Source of the DNA: Planctomycetota bacterium
Lineage (GTDB): Bacteria; Planctomycetota; UBA8108; SXIK01
Assembly (NCBI GenBank): GCA_965223845.1
Contig: CBDCXR010000004.1
Coordinates: 1,888,001-1,952,000 of the forward strand
DNA length: 64,000 bases
Reading direction: 5' to 3'
A program made the position numbers and the translations under genes. The notes under the pieces are model-generated. The model searched no databases and was not told the origin of the DNA. It saw nothing but the letters and a program-made list of their open reading frames with translations. How positions within the stretch are numbered: position 1 is the stretch's first letter; every line of letters starts with the position of its first letter. Shown in pieces: positions 1 through 10,592 of the stretch.

Positions 1-1423
1 CCTCGAACGCCGGCAAGTGGTGAATCGCGTAGTCCTTCAGATGGCTCGTCACACCCGCGGCTCGCAGCGCGTCGCGGGCGTCGGTGGAGTTGCCGTTCTC
101 GAAGTGCCAGAGCGCCTCGTAGTAGCGACCGAGTGAATTCGCGGGATCCGATTGAACGAACTCGTCGAGGAGCTCTTTGGTGTTTTGGTCGAATCGGCCT
201 TCTCGGATGAGAAGGTCGGCGGCGCGGAGAAGCGCAGCCGGGGAAGTGGGGTCCTTCTCGAGTGCCTCTTCGAGGTAGGCGAGCGCGAGCGTCGGATCTG
301 CGGCCAGCAGCGACGCCGCGATCAGGTACGACGTTTCGCGCCCGTGCGAGGCGAGCGTTTCCTCGATCTGCTCCGGCGTGGGGATGTCGGCGAGGCGATC
401 CAGCTCGTTGTTGATCAGAAGCTCTCGAAGATCGGCGAAAGAGAGCGCGGGCCCAGACAGTTCCCCGGAAGGCGAGGAATGCGGAGTGGACGCGACCTCG
501 CCGTCGACATGCGGCGCCTCCCGGGCGGCGGCCGCAGCCCGCGCCGATGCCAGCTCCGCTTCGGCTCGGCGAAGCCGAGCTTCCAGGTCCGCTCGTCGAG
601 ACTCGAGCGCTCGGTGAACCGACCCCGCGACGACGTCTTCCGGGGCGCTTTCCTCGGTTCGATTTGCCGAAGTACGACCGACTCCGAATCCGAGCGCCAT
701 CCCTGCGACGACGACGGTGCCTGCGGTCACGAGCTTTCCTGCCATTGCGATTCCTCCGGTGGTGAGAGTCCCCACGGACGCGAGGTTCGACACTCCTTCG
801 CCGACGGTGGCGACAGACGATCCCGTCAGTCCGCTGAACGCGGTCGGTGGTGTCCATGCGGCGTCGGCGAACGGAACCGCAACACCGACCCAGCCGTCTC
901 GCCCGCGAGAGTAAGACGCATCGAGGGCCGAACGCAGACGCTCGTGAGCGCCGCCCAGCCTGCGCCGCACCGTCGACGGGTCCACAGCGAGTCTTCGCGC
1001 GATGAGGGGGACCGTGTGACCTTTGTAGTAGCGAAGAAGGATGACGGTTCGGTACGGCTCGGGGAGCTCTGCAACGTGTGCGGTCAATTGCTTCAGGAGC
1101 TCGCCTTCCTCGGCGGCCGATTCCGCTGCCGCGTCGATGCGCTCGGCCTGAGCGACTCGCTTCTCGCGGGCGCGGCGCCGAGTCTGGTCCCGGTGCGCGC
1201 GGCGTGCAATGTTTCGAAGTACGGTCCGGAGCCAGTGGATAGTTTGGGCACCGAGGCGCGGTGGGGCAGCGATGGCTCTGACCCAGGTTTCCTGTAGGAG
1301 ATCGTCCGCGCCCGTTTCGTCGGCAGCGAGCGCGAGAGCCAGTCGGCGCAAGTGGCTGGCGTGCCGGAGCAGATCTTCGGGCGAGGCGATCCGCGGAGGG
1401 TACAGTTCGTTCGACGAGTCCAT
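1..1423 (-). CDS. ECF-type RNA polymerase sigma factor with TM helix and C-terminal extracytoplasmic coiled-coil/TPR-like extension (3' end runs off window)
   Basis: Not in ORF track because it is open at the edge. Manual translation from ATG 1423: MDSSNELYPP...HASHLRRLALALAADETGADDLLQETWVRAI (sigma2), LPEPYRTVILLRYYKGHTVPLIARRL...TVRRRL (sigma4), then a hydrophobic segment and helical repeats; no stop down to base 1. Confidence 0.88.
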   Translation of the reverse strand, partial: MDSSNELYPPRIASPEDLLRHASHLRRLALALAADETGADDLLQETWVRAIAAPPRLGAQTIHWLRTVLRNIARRAHRDQTRRRAREKRVAQAERIDAAAESAAEEGELLKQLTAHVAELPEPYRTVILLRYYKGHTVPLIARRLAVDPSTVRRRLGGAHERLRSALDASYSRGRDGWVGVAVPFADAAWTPPTAFSGLTGSSVATVGEGVSNLASVGTLTTGGIAMAGKLVTAGTVVVAGMALGFGVGRTSANRTEESAPEDVVAGSVHRALESRRADLEARLRRAEAELASARAAAAAREAPHVDGEVASTPHSSPSGELSGPALSFADLRELLINNELDRLADIPTPEQIEETLASHGRETSYLIAASLLAADPTLALAYLEEALEKDPTSPAALLRAADLLIREGRFDQNTKELLDEFVQSDPANSLGRYYEALWHFENGNSTDARDALRAAGVTSHLKDYAIHHLPAFE

Positions 1424-1958
1424 GAGTGTTCGTTCTCTCTGCTTTCTCTCCAATATCCCGTCGCGGTCACATCCGTGCGTGGATTCTCGCGTTTCCGCTG
1501 AAATGAAGGGACGAGCACCTCTCGCATTCGGGGCGAGATTCGGCGACTCCTCTTCGCGCTCGCGAAAGCGCCCGCTTACTCCCGCGTCTCCCTTCCCCTC
1601 GGGATTTCCGTTCGGTGCTTGCGCCGAGCGGGGAGCGCGGACGGAAGTGCGGCTAACTCACAGCGGGCTCTCGGAGAAGTCGAACGAGAACGTCCCCGGG
1701 GCTGGGAGGAAGCGTTCGAACACTCCGCCGAGCTTCTACCGACCGAGACCCGGAAGGAAGAGGATCGTGAACGAGCTCGTCGTCGTCGCACGGGTCCGTG
1801 CTCAACCCGTTTTCGCTCGGCTGACTCCGAGGGCTAGCGCTCCGTGCTCCGCTTCACGATGTCCGCCGCACGTATCCCGCGGGACACGGTCACCGCGCCT
1901 CCAGCGGAGTGCGTCGCAGTGCCCAGTCCGGGTGCGATCACCGCTCCGCGCGAAGCAA

Positions 1959-3419
1959 TCAGAGCAAGATTCCCCGGACGACGCGAGCCTCGCGACCTGC
2001 CGTGATCACATGTTTCTGGCCGCCGTGCTCGAAAACGAGCTCGCGGTGATCGAGTCCGAAGAGGTGGAGCAAGGTCGCCTGGTAGTCGTTCGGCGTCACG
2101 CGATCGACGACCGCACGATGGCCGACGTCGTCGGTCTCTCCGTACGTGATTCCGCCGCGAATCCCACCGCCCGCCAGCCAAATCGTGAAGCCTTGACCGT
2201 TGTGATCGCGGCCGTCCCTCTTCGCCTCGCCGTGGTTCTCCGTAACCGGGAGACGTCCGATTTCGCCGCCCCAATGGACGATCGTCGTATCGAGAAGCCC
2301 TCGCTGCTCCAAGTCGATGACGAGTGCGGCCGAGGGCTGATCGGTCTTCGCACAGATCGCGGGGAGACTCGTCCGAATGCTGCCGTGATTGTCCCAGGGC
2401 TGGCCGCTGTGAAAGAGCTGGACGAAACGAACGCCGCGCTCGATGAGCCGCCGCGCGATCAAGCAGCGCGTGCCGTAGTCGCGCGTTGTCGGTCGGTCGA
2501 TACCGTACAGTCTCTTCGTCGCTTCGCTCTCGCTCGAGATGTCGAGCGCTTCGCGAGCCGACGTCTGCATGGCGGCCGCGAGCTCATAGCTAGCGATGCG
2601 CGCCTCGAGATCGGCTTCGGCGGGAAACGCACGGGCATGACGTTCGTTCAGCTCCCGCAGAAAATCGAGGTTGAGTCGCTGGATCGAACCGCGCAGGTGA
2701 GACGGTGCGTCGAGATTGGCGATGCGCGGTTCTTTGGGCCGTAAGACCGTACCCTGGTAGAGCGACGGCAAAAAGCCGTTGGACCAGTTCTGAACCCCGT
2801 CGACCGGATGCCCGCCGGGATCGCTCAGCACCATGTACGCGGGGAGCGATTGCGATTCGGCCCCCAAGCCGTAGGTGAGCCAGGAGCCGAAGTGCGGGCG
2901 ACCGAGGATGCCGGGGATTCCGCCGTGAAAATACCGAATCGATACCTCGTGGCCGTTCGCCCCCGTATGCATCGAGCGAAGAACGGCGATCTTGTCGACG
3001 ATCTTCGCGGTGTGGGGGAGAAGCTCCGAGACCGGCGTGCCGCACTCGCCGTGCCGCGAAAAGGTCCACGGACTCCCGAAGAGACGCTTGCTGGCACGGT
3101 TGATGAAACTGAACTTTACGTCGCCCGTGTACTCCGTTCCGTCGAGCCGCGAGAGCGTCGGCTTGGGGTCGAAGAGATCGATGTGCGACGGTCCGCCATG
3201 CTGGAAGAGCGAAATCATCGCGGTCGCCCGCGCGGGAGTACTCGGCGTTTTCGGATCGACATCGAAACGCCTAGCCTCCTGGAAGGTTTCGCGAGCGTGC
3301 GAACGATCCTTTGCAAGGAGCCATGCGAGCGCAACGGAACCGATGCCCATCGCGTTGCACTCCAAGAACCTCCGGCGGGAGCCGACGAGACAGGATTCGT
3401 TCGTGGATGAAGCGACCAT
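1959..3419 (-). CDS. DUF1501 domain-containing protein
   Basis: Tat-like SRRRFL leader, GGPSHIDLFDPKP, RGVRFVQ, WDNH, WGGEIGRLP, GRDHN motifs; start moved to ATG 3419, just after the upstream gene stop. Confidence 0.93.
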   Translation of the reverse strand: MVASSTNESCLVGSRRRFLECNAMGIGSVALAWLLAKDRSHARETFQEARRFDVDPKTPSTPARATAMISLFQHGGPSHIDLFDPKPTLSRLDGTEYTGDVKFSFINRASKRLFGSPWTFSRHGECGTPVSELLPHTAKIVDKIAVLRSMHTGANGHEVSIRYFHGGIPGILGRPHFGSWLTYGLGAESQSLPAYMVLSDPGGHPVDGVQNWSNGFLPSLYQGTVLRPKEPRIANLDAPSHLRGSIQRLNLDFLRELNERHARAFPAEADLEARIASYELAAAMQTSAREALDISSESEATKRLYGIDRPTTRDYGTRCLIARRLIERGVRFVQLFHSGQPWDNHGSIRTSLPAICAKTDQPSAALVIDLEQRGLLDTTIVHWGGEIGRLPVTENHGEAKRDGRDHNGQGFTIWLAGGGIRGGITYGETDDVGHRAVVDRVTPNDYQATLLHLFGLDHRELVFEHGGQKHVITAGREARVVRGILL

Positions 3420-3424
3420 CTGTG

Positions 3425-6400
3425 CTACTCGACGTAGAGGAACTCGTTGGAAGAGAGAAGCATGTGCGCGAGGTTGGCGAGGGCCTGTGAGTGGCGGCTC
3501 CTCTCCTTCGGGACTCGGGTCGGATCTTCGGCCATCAACGCGAGTTGAGACGACACGAACTGCACGGCCGAATCCAGCTCTTCGCGGGTGGCCACGCGTC
3601 CGTAGATTCGGCGCCACGTCGCAGCGATCCGCGCGGGAATGGACGGAATCGCTCCTGCCGGAGGCCCGAAGTCGACCGCCGAACGCCACACGTCGTCTCC
3701 CGAGCCGTCGACGTATCGCACCTCAACCGTCCAGATGAAGTTGTCGGAACCATCTCGGCCGCGGGCGTCGACGACGAAATCCATCGTGTCGCCGGGCTGA
3801 ACGGAGATGTTCTCAACCTGCGTCTCAATGGTGCTGTTGTGCGAGAGCCACTCGCCGTGGACGCGCGCCTTGTGCACGACCCGCGCACGGATGCCGTTTC
3901 CGGGGGCATTGGGGTGCGTGAGGGTTCCCGCAGCTGCGATGGTTCCCGCGCGCGGTGCGATCCACCGGCGGACCACGGCATAGCGGTTCGAGGGGTGTCC
4001 CCCTCTAGCGTGGAGTACCGCCCAGCCGATCGCCGGATCCGGCACTCGCGGGCCTCCTTGCGCTTGCGCGTCGTCGTTCCAGTACGGGAACGGGCGGAAT
4101 GACTTCACACCGGTCGTTTCGGACGGCACGCCGTAGCCGTACGCCCACGCCGAACTCGACGGCGGGCGGTCGGCGAATTCGATCCCATCGATCTCGGCGA
4201 AGGCGTCCTTGCCGCGCTGCACGACCTCGGCCCGAACTCTCTTCTCGAGCTCCCCGGCTTGGGCAGCGAGGAATTCGCCGTTCAGTAGGAGTAAGGACTG
4301 GGTCGCGACCGTCGATGAACTTCGCTCGACGCAATTCGTCTCCATGACGGGCGCATCGAAGGCGCGCAAGAACGACGACGGGCGCGAGCGACGCGACTGC
4401 CCGTAGATGCTTCGACGAGGCGTTCGCAGGTGAAATTGGCCGGCGGCGTCTCCAGCGACTTCGACGGGAGCTCCGTAGAGTCGGCGATCGAGAGCTCCGC
4501 TCGCGGCGAGAACTCGATCGCGAAGCGCCTCGGCGTCGAGGCGTCGAATCGACTGTCTCGAGTACCAACGATTCTCGGGGTCGCTCGCGACGTGACCCGC
4601 GCTCGGTCGCGATGATTGCCGATACACCGACGAGGTCACGATTTCGCGGATGAACTGCTTGAGGCTCCAGCCGCCGCTTCGCAGCGAGTGCGCGATCTCG
4701 TCGAGAAGCTCGGGATGCGTCGGACGCGCACCGAGCCGCCCAAAATCTCCGGGCGTCGCGACGATGCCGCGACCGAAGAGGTGGTTCCAGACGCGATTCG
4801 CGATCACGCGAGCGGTGAGCGGATTGGCGTCCGACGTGATCCAGCGCGCGAAAGCGACCCGTCGTCCCGACGACGGGAACGATGCATCGTCGAGCGGAAT
4901 GCTTCGATCGTCGTTCACGGACACAAGGACGCGAGGAATCGCAGGGCGGACGATCTCCTGTGGTTGGCGATAGTCGCCGCGGTGGAGACGGTGGGTCGCC
5001 GGTAGGTGTTGCGCCGGCTCGACGAGTGCGCGGACGAACCGCTCGGCGGGTTTCGTCTCGCGGAGCTTCTTGATGCGGGCGTCGTACTTCTTCAGCTCGT
5101 TCGCCGCAGACGGGTTGTACTGGTAGATCACGCCGGGGTGGATGTTGAGTTGCGGCTGACTCGCGACGATCGCCTTTTGCTCGGCACTTCGCTGCTCGGC
5201 CGGTGTCTCGAACGCGGCGCGAATTTTCTCGCGCGATGCGGGGGCGAGCTTCTCGATCTCCTTGTCGAAGACTGCCTTCAGGTATTCGGCTTGCTTCTTC
5301 GATCGCTCCGCGGTGATCTTCTGCGCTTCGGATTCGATCGCGGCCGACTGTTCACGTTCGGCCTCAGTGAGCAGCGAGACGCGTCGCGCGTCGGGGATTT
5401 TCCAAGTTTTCGCGTCGAGTGCGGGATCGAAGACGGCGCGCAGGGCGAAGTAATCGGAGTGAGAGATCGGATCGTAGCGGTGGTCGTGGCACTGCGCACA
5501 CGCGACGCTCATCCCCAAAAGCGAACTTCCAACGATGCCAAGCGTATCGGCGATCACCCGCTCGCGCGTCGCGGCGTCGTTCGCTCCGGATCCCGTCGGG
5601 TCCGCCGCCATGCGAAGAAAGCCCGTGGCGGTCAGCAAATCGACCTGCTCCGGCGTCCAATCCCCGTCCTTCGTTCCCGCCAACTCGTCACCTGCGAGTT
5701 GCTCGAGAACGAAGCGATCGAGGGGCTTGTCGTCGTTGAGTGCACGCACCACCCAATCGCGATAACGATACGCCCACGGGCGGGACGCGTCGTTGGGCGA
5801 GCCGCCCTCGGAGTCTGCATAGCCCGCGATGTCGAGCCAGCGGCGGGCCCAACGCTCCCCGAAATGCGGGGAGTTCAGCAGCCGATCGACCGCGCGTTCG
5901 TACGCGCCTTCTTCTCGGTCGTCGGTAAAAGAGCGGATCTCGTCGAACGTCGGCGGCAAGCCGATGAGGTCGAACGACAAGCGAGTCAAAAGCACGCGGC
6001 GATCGGCCTCGGGCGCGAATGAGACGTTCGCCGGCATGGCGTGACGAATCCAGGCGTCGATCGCGGATCGGGTTTCGGTCGACGGGCCCGGCGCGGGGCT
6101 CCGCTCGATCGGACGAAACGACCAGAACGCTCGTTCCTCCTCGGACACCCCGACACCCGGACCGATCGCTTCCGGCTCGGGTCGAGCCGTCTTCGCGCCG
6201 GCGTTGATCCAGCGCTCGAGGATGGCGATCTCCTCCGCCGAGACCTTCGCGTCGCCCGGCGGCATCTCTCCGCGGCGGATGCGGCCGAGGAGCCGGCTTC
6301 GCGTTGCATCGCCCGGAACGATCGCCGGACCTTGCTCCCCTCCGCGCCGGAGGAATCGGACGAGGCGGAGATCCAGTCCGCCCTTGAGTTCCTCGGTCGC

Positions 6401-6529
6401 GCCGTGGCAGTCGAAGCAGTGGGCGCGGAAGATCGGGCGGACGTCGCGCTCGAACGTGAGCGCTTCGCTCGCCCCGATGGGAGAGGCAAGAGCGATGGAG
6501 AAGGAGAGGGTGATGATCGAAAGTCGCAT
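3425..6529 (-). CDS. Planctomycete cytochrome c / DUF1549 / DUF1553 (PSCyt-PSD1) protein
   Basis: Signal peptide at ATG 6529; CFDCH and CAQCH heme motifs; FGERWARRWLD, NPLTARVIANRVW, PTHPELLD, LLSSNEFLY; usual partner of DUF1501. Confidence 0.93.
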   Translation of the reverse strand: MRLSIITLSFSIALASPIGASEALTFERDVRPIFRAHCFDCHGATEELKGGLDLRLVRFLRRGGEQGPAIVPGDATRSRLLGRIRRGEMPPGDAKVSAEEIAILERWINAGAKTARPEPEAIGPGVGVSEEERAFWSFRPIERSPAPGPSTETRSAIDAWIRHAMPANVSFAPEADRRVLLTRLSFDLIGLPPTFDEIRSFTDDREEGAYERAVDRLLNSPHFGERWARRWLDIAGYADSEGGSPNDASRPWAYRYRDWVVRALNDDKPLDRFVLEQLAGDELAGTKDGDWTPEQVDLLTATGFLRMAADPTGSGANDAATRERVIADTLGIVGSSLLGMSVACAQCHDHRYDPISHSDYFALRAVFDPALDAKTWKIPDARRVSLLTEAEREQSAAIESEAQKITAERSKKQAEYLKAVFDKEIEKLAPASREKIRAAFETPAEQRSAEQKAIVASQPQLNIHPGVIYQYNPSAANELKKYDARIKKLRETKPAERFVRALVEPAQHLPATHRLHRGDYRQPQEIVRPAIPRVLVSVNDDRSIPLDDASFPSSGRRVAFARWITSDANPLTARVIANRVWNHLFGRGIVATPGDFGRLGARPTHPELLDEIAHSLRSGGWSLKQFIREIVTSSVYRQSSRPSAGHVASDPENRWYSRQSIRRLDAEALRDRVLAASGALDRRLYGAPVEVAGDAAGQFHLRTPRRSIYGQSRRSRPSSFLRAFDAPVMETNCVERSSSTVATQSLLLLNGEFLAAQAGELEKRVRAEVVQRGKDAFAEIDGIEFADRPPSSSAWAYGYGVPSETTGVKSFRPFPYWNDDAQAQGGPRVPDPAIGWAVLHARGGHPSNRYAVVRRWIAPRAGTIAAAGTLTHPNAPGNGIRARVVHKARVHGEWLSHNSTIETQVENISVQPGDTMDFVVDARGRDGSDNFIWTVEVRYVDGSGDDVWRSAVDFGPPAGAIPSIPARIAATWRRIYGRVATREELDSAVQFVSSQLALMAEDPTRVPKERSRHSQALANLAHMLLSSNEFLYVE

Positions 6530-6945
6530 GTTGGAATTGTCCCGAGCCTCGCCGACTCGGTCAATCGTGTCGCGTCTAGTGGTCGTTCCCTTGTCGCCCG
6601 TTCGGGTCTTTCCGGCGGACGAATCGACCCGAGCGGTTCGAGTCGGCCGCCCGGTTTCGATTCGATCGAGGGACATGGTACCTCCTCCGAGCGCTTCGGG
6701 TCGGACCGATTCTCGCCTCGACTCTCAGTAGGCGGAACGGGAGAGTACACTAGCCGTTTTTGTGAAATCCTCGGACTCCTTCGATCCTTTACGGCGCCGT
6801 CATCGCCGCGAGACATGCGACTCGCGAGTGGACCGCAGGTCAGCTCGAGCGACGTCTCTCGGTCTTCCGCGGACTTCTCTGAACTTCCGGGTCGCCCGAG
6901 GCCGAAGGAGCGTTTCGGCGTTGGTGCATCTCGTGGACAACGCCC

Positions 6946-7284
6946 GTGCGTTACAGCCGTCGTCGTGGCGGCTGCAACGCACGGGCAGCTGTGGAGATCG
7001 CTCCCGAGACGGGCGAGCTCGCCTTAAGGGGCGCCTGCGCATTCACCGGAGTCAGCGGAAGGCGCCTTCGCCTTCAGTGGGGAGCGAGCCGCGATGCCAT
7101 CAAGATCTGGCAGGACGGCAAGCTCCGCGATCTCGACTCTGCGCTCAATCGCGCGAGCTACGCCAGTATCGGTGATGAAAAGTTGATCGAGCAGTCCTGG
7201 AAGGGAGACGGAACTCTCCGCGTCGCGGCCGGAGGGTATTCGTTCACGTGCACGGTGACGCGGACGGGTCACGCAACCTTCTAG
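6946..7284 (+). CDS. Small hypothetical protein or gene fragment
   Basis: C-terminal two thirds has protein-like composition (AIKIWQDGKLRDLDSALNRASYASIGDEKLIEQSW); start uncertain. Confidence 0.25.
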   Translation: MRYSRRRGGCNARAAVEIAPETGELALRGACAFTGVSGRRLRLQWGASRDAIKIWQDGKLRDLDSALNRASYASIGDEKLIEQSWKGDGTLRVAAGGYSFTCTVTRTGHATF

Positions 7285-7706
7285 AACGAGTGACAAGAGC
7301 TCTTCTACCGTAGGCGCGCCCGTCCATCCCCGGGGCGTGCCGTCCGATAGAAGAGAGTTCAGCTCGCAGTCTCGAGTAAGCGATCGTGGCGGACCGCCTT
7401 CGCAGGGGCACGTCGCCGGTCGCCCGTTCAGTTCGGGTAGAGATAGCGAGTCGGAATGGCCAACCGATCGTGCATGGGTGACTCCCAATGGAGATGAAAC
7501 AGGGGACCCTCATACCCCAGGAAATCTTTCCTTGATGGTTCCGGACGAATTCCACTCGACGCGCAGGCGTACGCGCCTTCCTGCTTCGAGGCGAACGGGT
7601 TTCGCGATCGCCATGACGGCGCGGCCGGAGATGTTGGATTGAAGGCCGCCATAGAGAGGGACGCTCGAATCTTACGAGCACGGAACGGGTCCGGTGAGTT
7701 CACCGA

Positions 7707-10343
7707 TCACCCACGCAGCCGCAGCACAACGGTCTCCGTAGCTCCGTCGACGATCTCGACCGACACCTTGTCGGAAAGCGGCCAACCCTTGCCGGTCGGA
7801 TCTCCGTCGGTCACCCGCAACACGTGTCGTCCCGTGGTCACGTGCTCGAGCGTGAAACGTCCCTGTGCGTCGGTGCTCGCCGGCGCGTGGGGAAATCGAT
7901 TCGGGTGGACGACATACACGTTCGCGGCGGGCGACTCGTCGGCCCGCAGGACGACGCCCCGGATGGTTCCGCCCGGACGAAGAACCAGAGTGCCGAGCTC
8001 GATCGTTCCGTTGTTCTCGAGCGACGACGCGTCGCGCTTGATCTCGAGGGTGGCGTAGTCCGGATGGAAGAGCAGGAAGCGGAGATTTCGGTCGGCCCGG
8101 CGGTGCTCGATGGCGAAGTCGCCCTCCTCGTCCGTGGCGCCGAAGAACTTGACGTCTCGGAGCTTGTCGTCCTCGTAGAGCAGGATGTGCGCGCCCGCTA
8201 GCGCGTCACCGCGCGGCGTCACGACCTTGCCGGTGATCGCCGTCCCCGCCTCGAGGATGATCTCGTACGGACCGAGCTCGACCTCGGCGGCGCTCTCAAC
8301 GTTCGGACGATCGCTGCAGGCATCCTCGACGGTCATTTTCTCGAACGCCCAGTTGCGGTGAACCACCGTGATATCGACGTCGCACGATCGACCGGGCAGG
8401 ACGGGCGGACTGCCGCGGACGATGAACACGCCGTCGCCATCGGTAAACGTGTCGCTGCTGTAATTCCCTCTCGAACGAAAGACGACTCGGACGAGAGAGT
8501 GGGGAATCGCAGTTCCATCCGGCTCGAGGACCTTGCCGTGGACGATGAACTCCCGGCGCGGGTCGTCCCTGGGTTGATTCCGAACCTCGGGTTCGGCCGG
8601 CGGCTCGTCGATCTCGGTGGACGAATCCGGCAGCTCGAGAAGGATCCCTTCGACGACTCCCGAGCTCGTCACGCGGACCTCGCTCGGCTCTCCACCATGG
8701 ACAAAGAGTCTGTGCGTTGCGGGAGCGGGAACGCCGACGAACTCGAAGTTCCCCGCGTCGTCCGTTCGAGCCTCCCCTCGCCAGCGCGTGGAACGAGGAG
8801 ACACCGTCCGCCAAATTACGGGGGAGTCCGGAACCCCGACTCCAGACGGGTCGACGAGCCGCCCCCGCAGAGTCGCGCCGCGCGGCACGCGAACGACCAC
8901 GCCGCGTGCGCCCGGTGAGGTGCCGGAGACGACAGTTCCCCCGTAGCCCGGCTTGAACACGCAGAGACGCGGCTGACCGAACACCTTGAGCGCAAGCGTG
9001 AAGCTGCCGTCGTCGGCCGACTCGGTCCCGCGGTCGGTCTCGCTGTTCACGAAACTCCGGCTCGCGCCACGATCGGTCCCTCGAATCGCAATTCGCGCTC
9101 CCTCGATCGGGTCGTTGTCGGCGTCGACGACCCAGCCCGTGACCTCGAGAAGCGGAACCAGAGAGACGGCGACGAACTCGCCCGGGTGGGCCGGCACAGT
9201 CTTCTGCGCGTATCCCGGAGCCGATAGTTTCAGACGGACGTCTTCGTCGGGATCCACGTGCAATCGAAAGAGGCCTTCCTCGCCCGTCTCGACCGCGGCC
9301 GAGGTGTTGTCCTCGAGCGGCTCGACTCGGACGCCTTCGATCGGAACGTGGTTCTCGCTGTCGAAGACGAATCCGATCGCTTCGACGCGCTCGGGCTCGT
9401 CCGTTTCGGTCTCTTCACTCTCCTCGTTTGTCGGAAGCGCGACTACCGCTCGCACGTCCGTCGGAGGCGAGTCGTCCGAAACGGCGGCAGGCTCGCTCTC
9501 GCGCGTAACTTCGAGGGGGGGACTCTGGTGGATCGAATCGTCTCGCGTGAGCAAGAACCCGACTCCGAGTATGAGCAGCGCCGCGAATACGGCTGCGTAC
9601 GTTTTCGCATTCATAACGACTCCTCCTGTGGCTAGGACACTGCCCAAACCCGAGCTGCTCGCCGGGAGAGATCGGGACAGACCTTCGAGTCGCACAGACA
9701 GAGTGGTTGGCATCTCGGGTGGCGCCCCTTGCCGAAGGATCGACGGCCACGCCGGCAGGGCCGAGAACGCGACGCCGCGCTTGGAGAGCGCCTGTTGCAA
9801 CCGCGCCTTACCCCAGCGAACGCGGTCCGCGACGGTCGATCGAGGCAAGCTCAATGCAGAGGCCACTCGACGAATGCTCTCGCCTTCGGCCAAGTGCAGC
9901 CAGAGAGCGGCGCGCGTTTCCGCGGGGAAACTCTCGAGAGCTGCGTCGACCTCGGCGCGAATCTCGTCGGAGGCGAATCGATCGGCCGGATCATCCCGCA
10001 TCGCTTCCGGCGTGGACATGGCGCGTCCCTTCTCCCGTTTCTTGCGAGTTGCGGCGCGCCGCAGCGCGTCGATGGCGGAGCTCGCCGCCATGCGAGCCAG
10101 AAACGCCTCACCCGCTCCCGGACGGAGCCGAGGAACGCGATGCTGGGCGATTCGCAGGAAGACCTCTTGAACGACGTCCTCCGCTACGCCGTTGTCGCGC
10201 GTGACGGTCCAGGCGATCGAGTACAGACGCCGGGCCTGGCTTTCGACGAGGCGACTCCACGCTTCGCGGTCACCGAGCTTGACCCTCTGAAGAATGGCGG
10301 CGAGTTCGGGTTCTCTGTTCGTGCGCATATATGGATGACGCAC
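7707..10343 (-). CDS. ECF sigma factor with TM helix and multiple carboxypeptidase-regulatory-like (transthyretin-fold) domains
   Basis: GDREAWSRLV...AEDVVQEVFL (sigma2), RAALWLHLAEGESIRRVA (sigma4), TM YAAVFAALLILGVGFLL, repeated G.V.D..G.P..GA / TD..G.F motifs. Confidence 0.9.
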   Translation of the reverse strand: MRHPYMRTNREPELAAILQRVKLGDREAWSRLVESQARRLYSIAWTVTRDNGVAEDVVQEVFLRIAQHRVPRLRPGAGEAFLARMAASSAIDALRRAATRKKREKGRAMSTPEAMRDDPADRFASDEIRAEVDAALESFPAETRAALWLHLAEGESIRRVASALSLPRSTVADRVRWGKARLQQALSKRGVAFSALPAWPSILRQGAPPEMPTTLSVRLEGLSRSLPASSSGLGSVLATGGVVMNAKTYAAVFAALLILGVGFLLTRDDSIHQSPPLEVTRESEPAAVSDDSPPTDVRAVVALPTNEESEETETDEPERVEAIGFVFDSENHVPIEGVRVEPLEDNTSAAVETGEEGLFRLHVDPDEDVRLKLSAPGYAQKTVPAHPGEFVAVSLVPLLEVTGWVVDADNDPIEGARIAIRGTDRGASRSFVNSETDRGTESADDGSFTLALKVFGQPRLCVFKPGYGGTVVSGTSPGARGVVVRVPRGATLRGRLVDPSGVGVPDSPVIWRTVSPRSTRWRGEARTDDAGNFEFVGVPAPATHRLFVHGGEPSEVRVTSSGVVEGILLELPDSSTEIDEPPAEPEVRNQPRDDPRREFIVHGKVLEPDGTAIPHSLVRVVFRSRGNYSSDTFTDGDGVFIVRGSPPVLPGRSCDVDITVVHRNWAFEKMTVEDACSDRPNVESAAEVELGPYEIILEAGTAITGKVVTPRGDALAGAHILLYEDDKLRDVKFFGATDEEGDFAIEHRRADRNLRFLLFHPDYATLEIKRDASSLENNGTIELGTLVLRPGGTIRGVVLRADESPAANVYVVHPNRFPHAPASTDAQGRFTLEHVTTGRHVLRVTDGDPTGKGWPLSDKVSVEIVDGATETVVLRLRG

Positions 10344-10592
10344 GCGGGGTGCGAACTGTCCGGACGAAACGGCGATTCGATCCGGCCCGTGGGCTCAGAA
10401 CTCGAACGCGTTGGAAGCAGCGAACTTCTGACGGCCCGGAGTCCTGGTGTCCGGTCAGAAGTGCTCTGCCGCCAGGGGAATGCGCTACCGTGACCGACTC
10501 CGAGCCGAGCTCGACGCTGCTCGCGCGGGAACGCGTTCCCTCGGGAAGGATCGCCTCGAAGACCTTGGCGTGAACGGCGTGCTTCTGTCGCT

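Noticed and set aside
152-2744. Long plus-strand ORFs 152..1297 and 1209..2744
   Set aside because: Antisense shadows of the ECF and DUF1501 genes; Arg/Ser-rich with no motifs, as expected in high-GC DNA.
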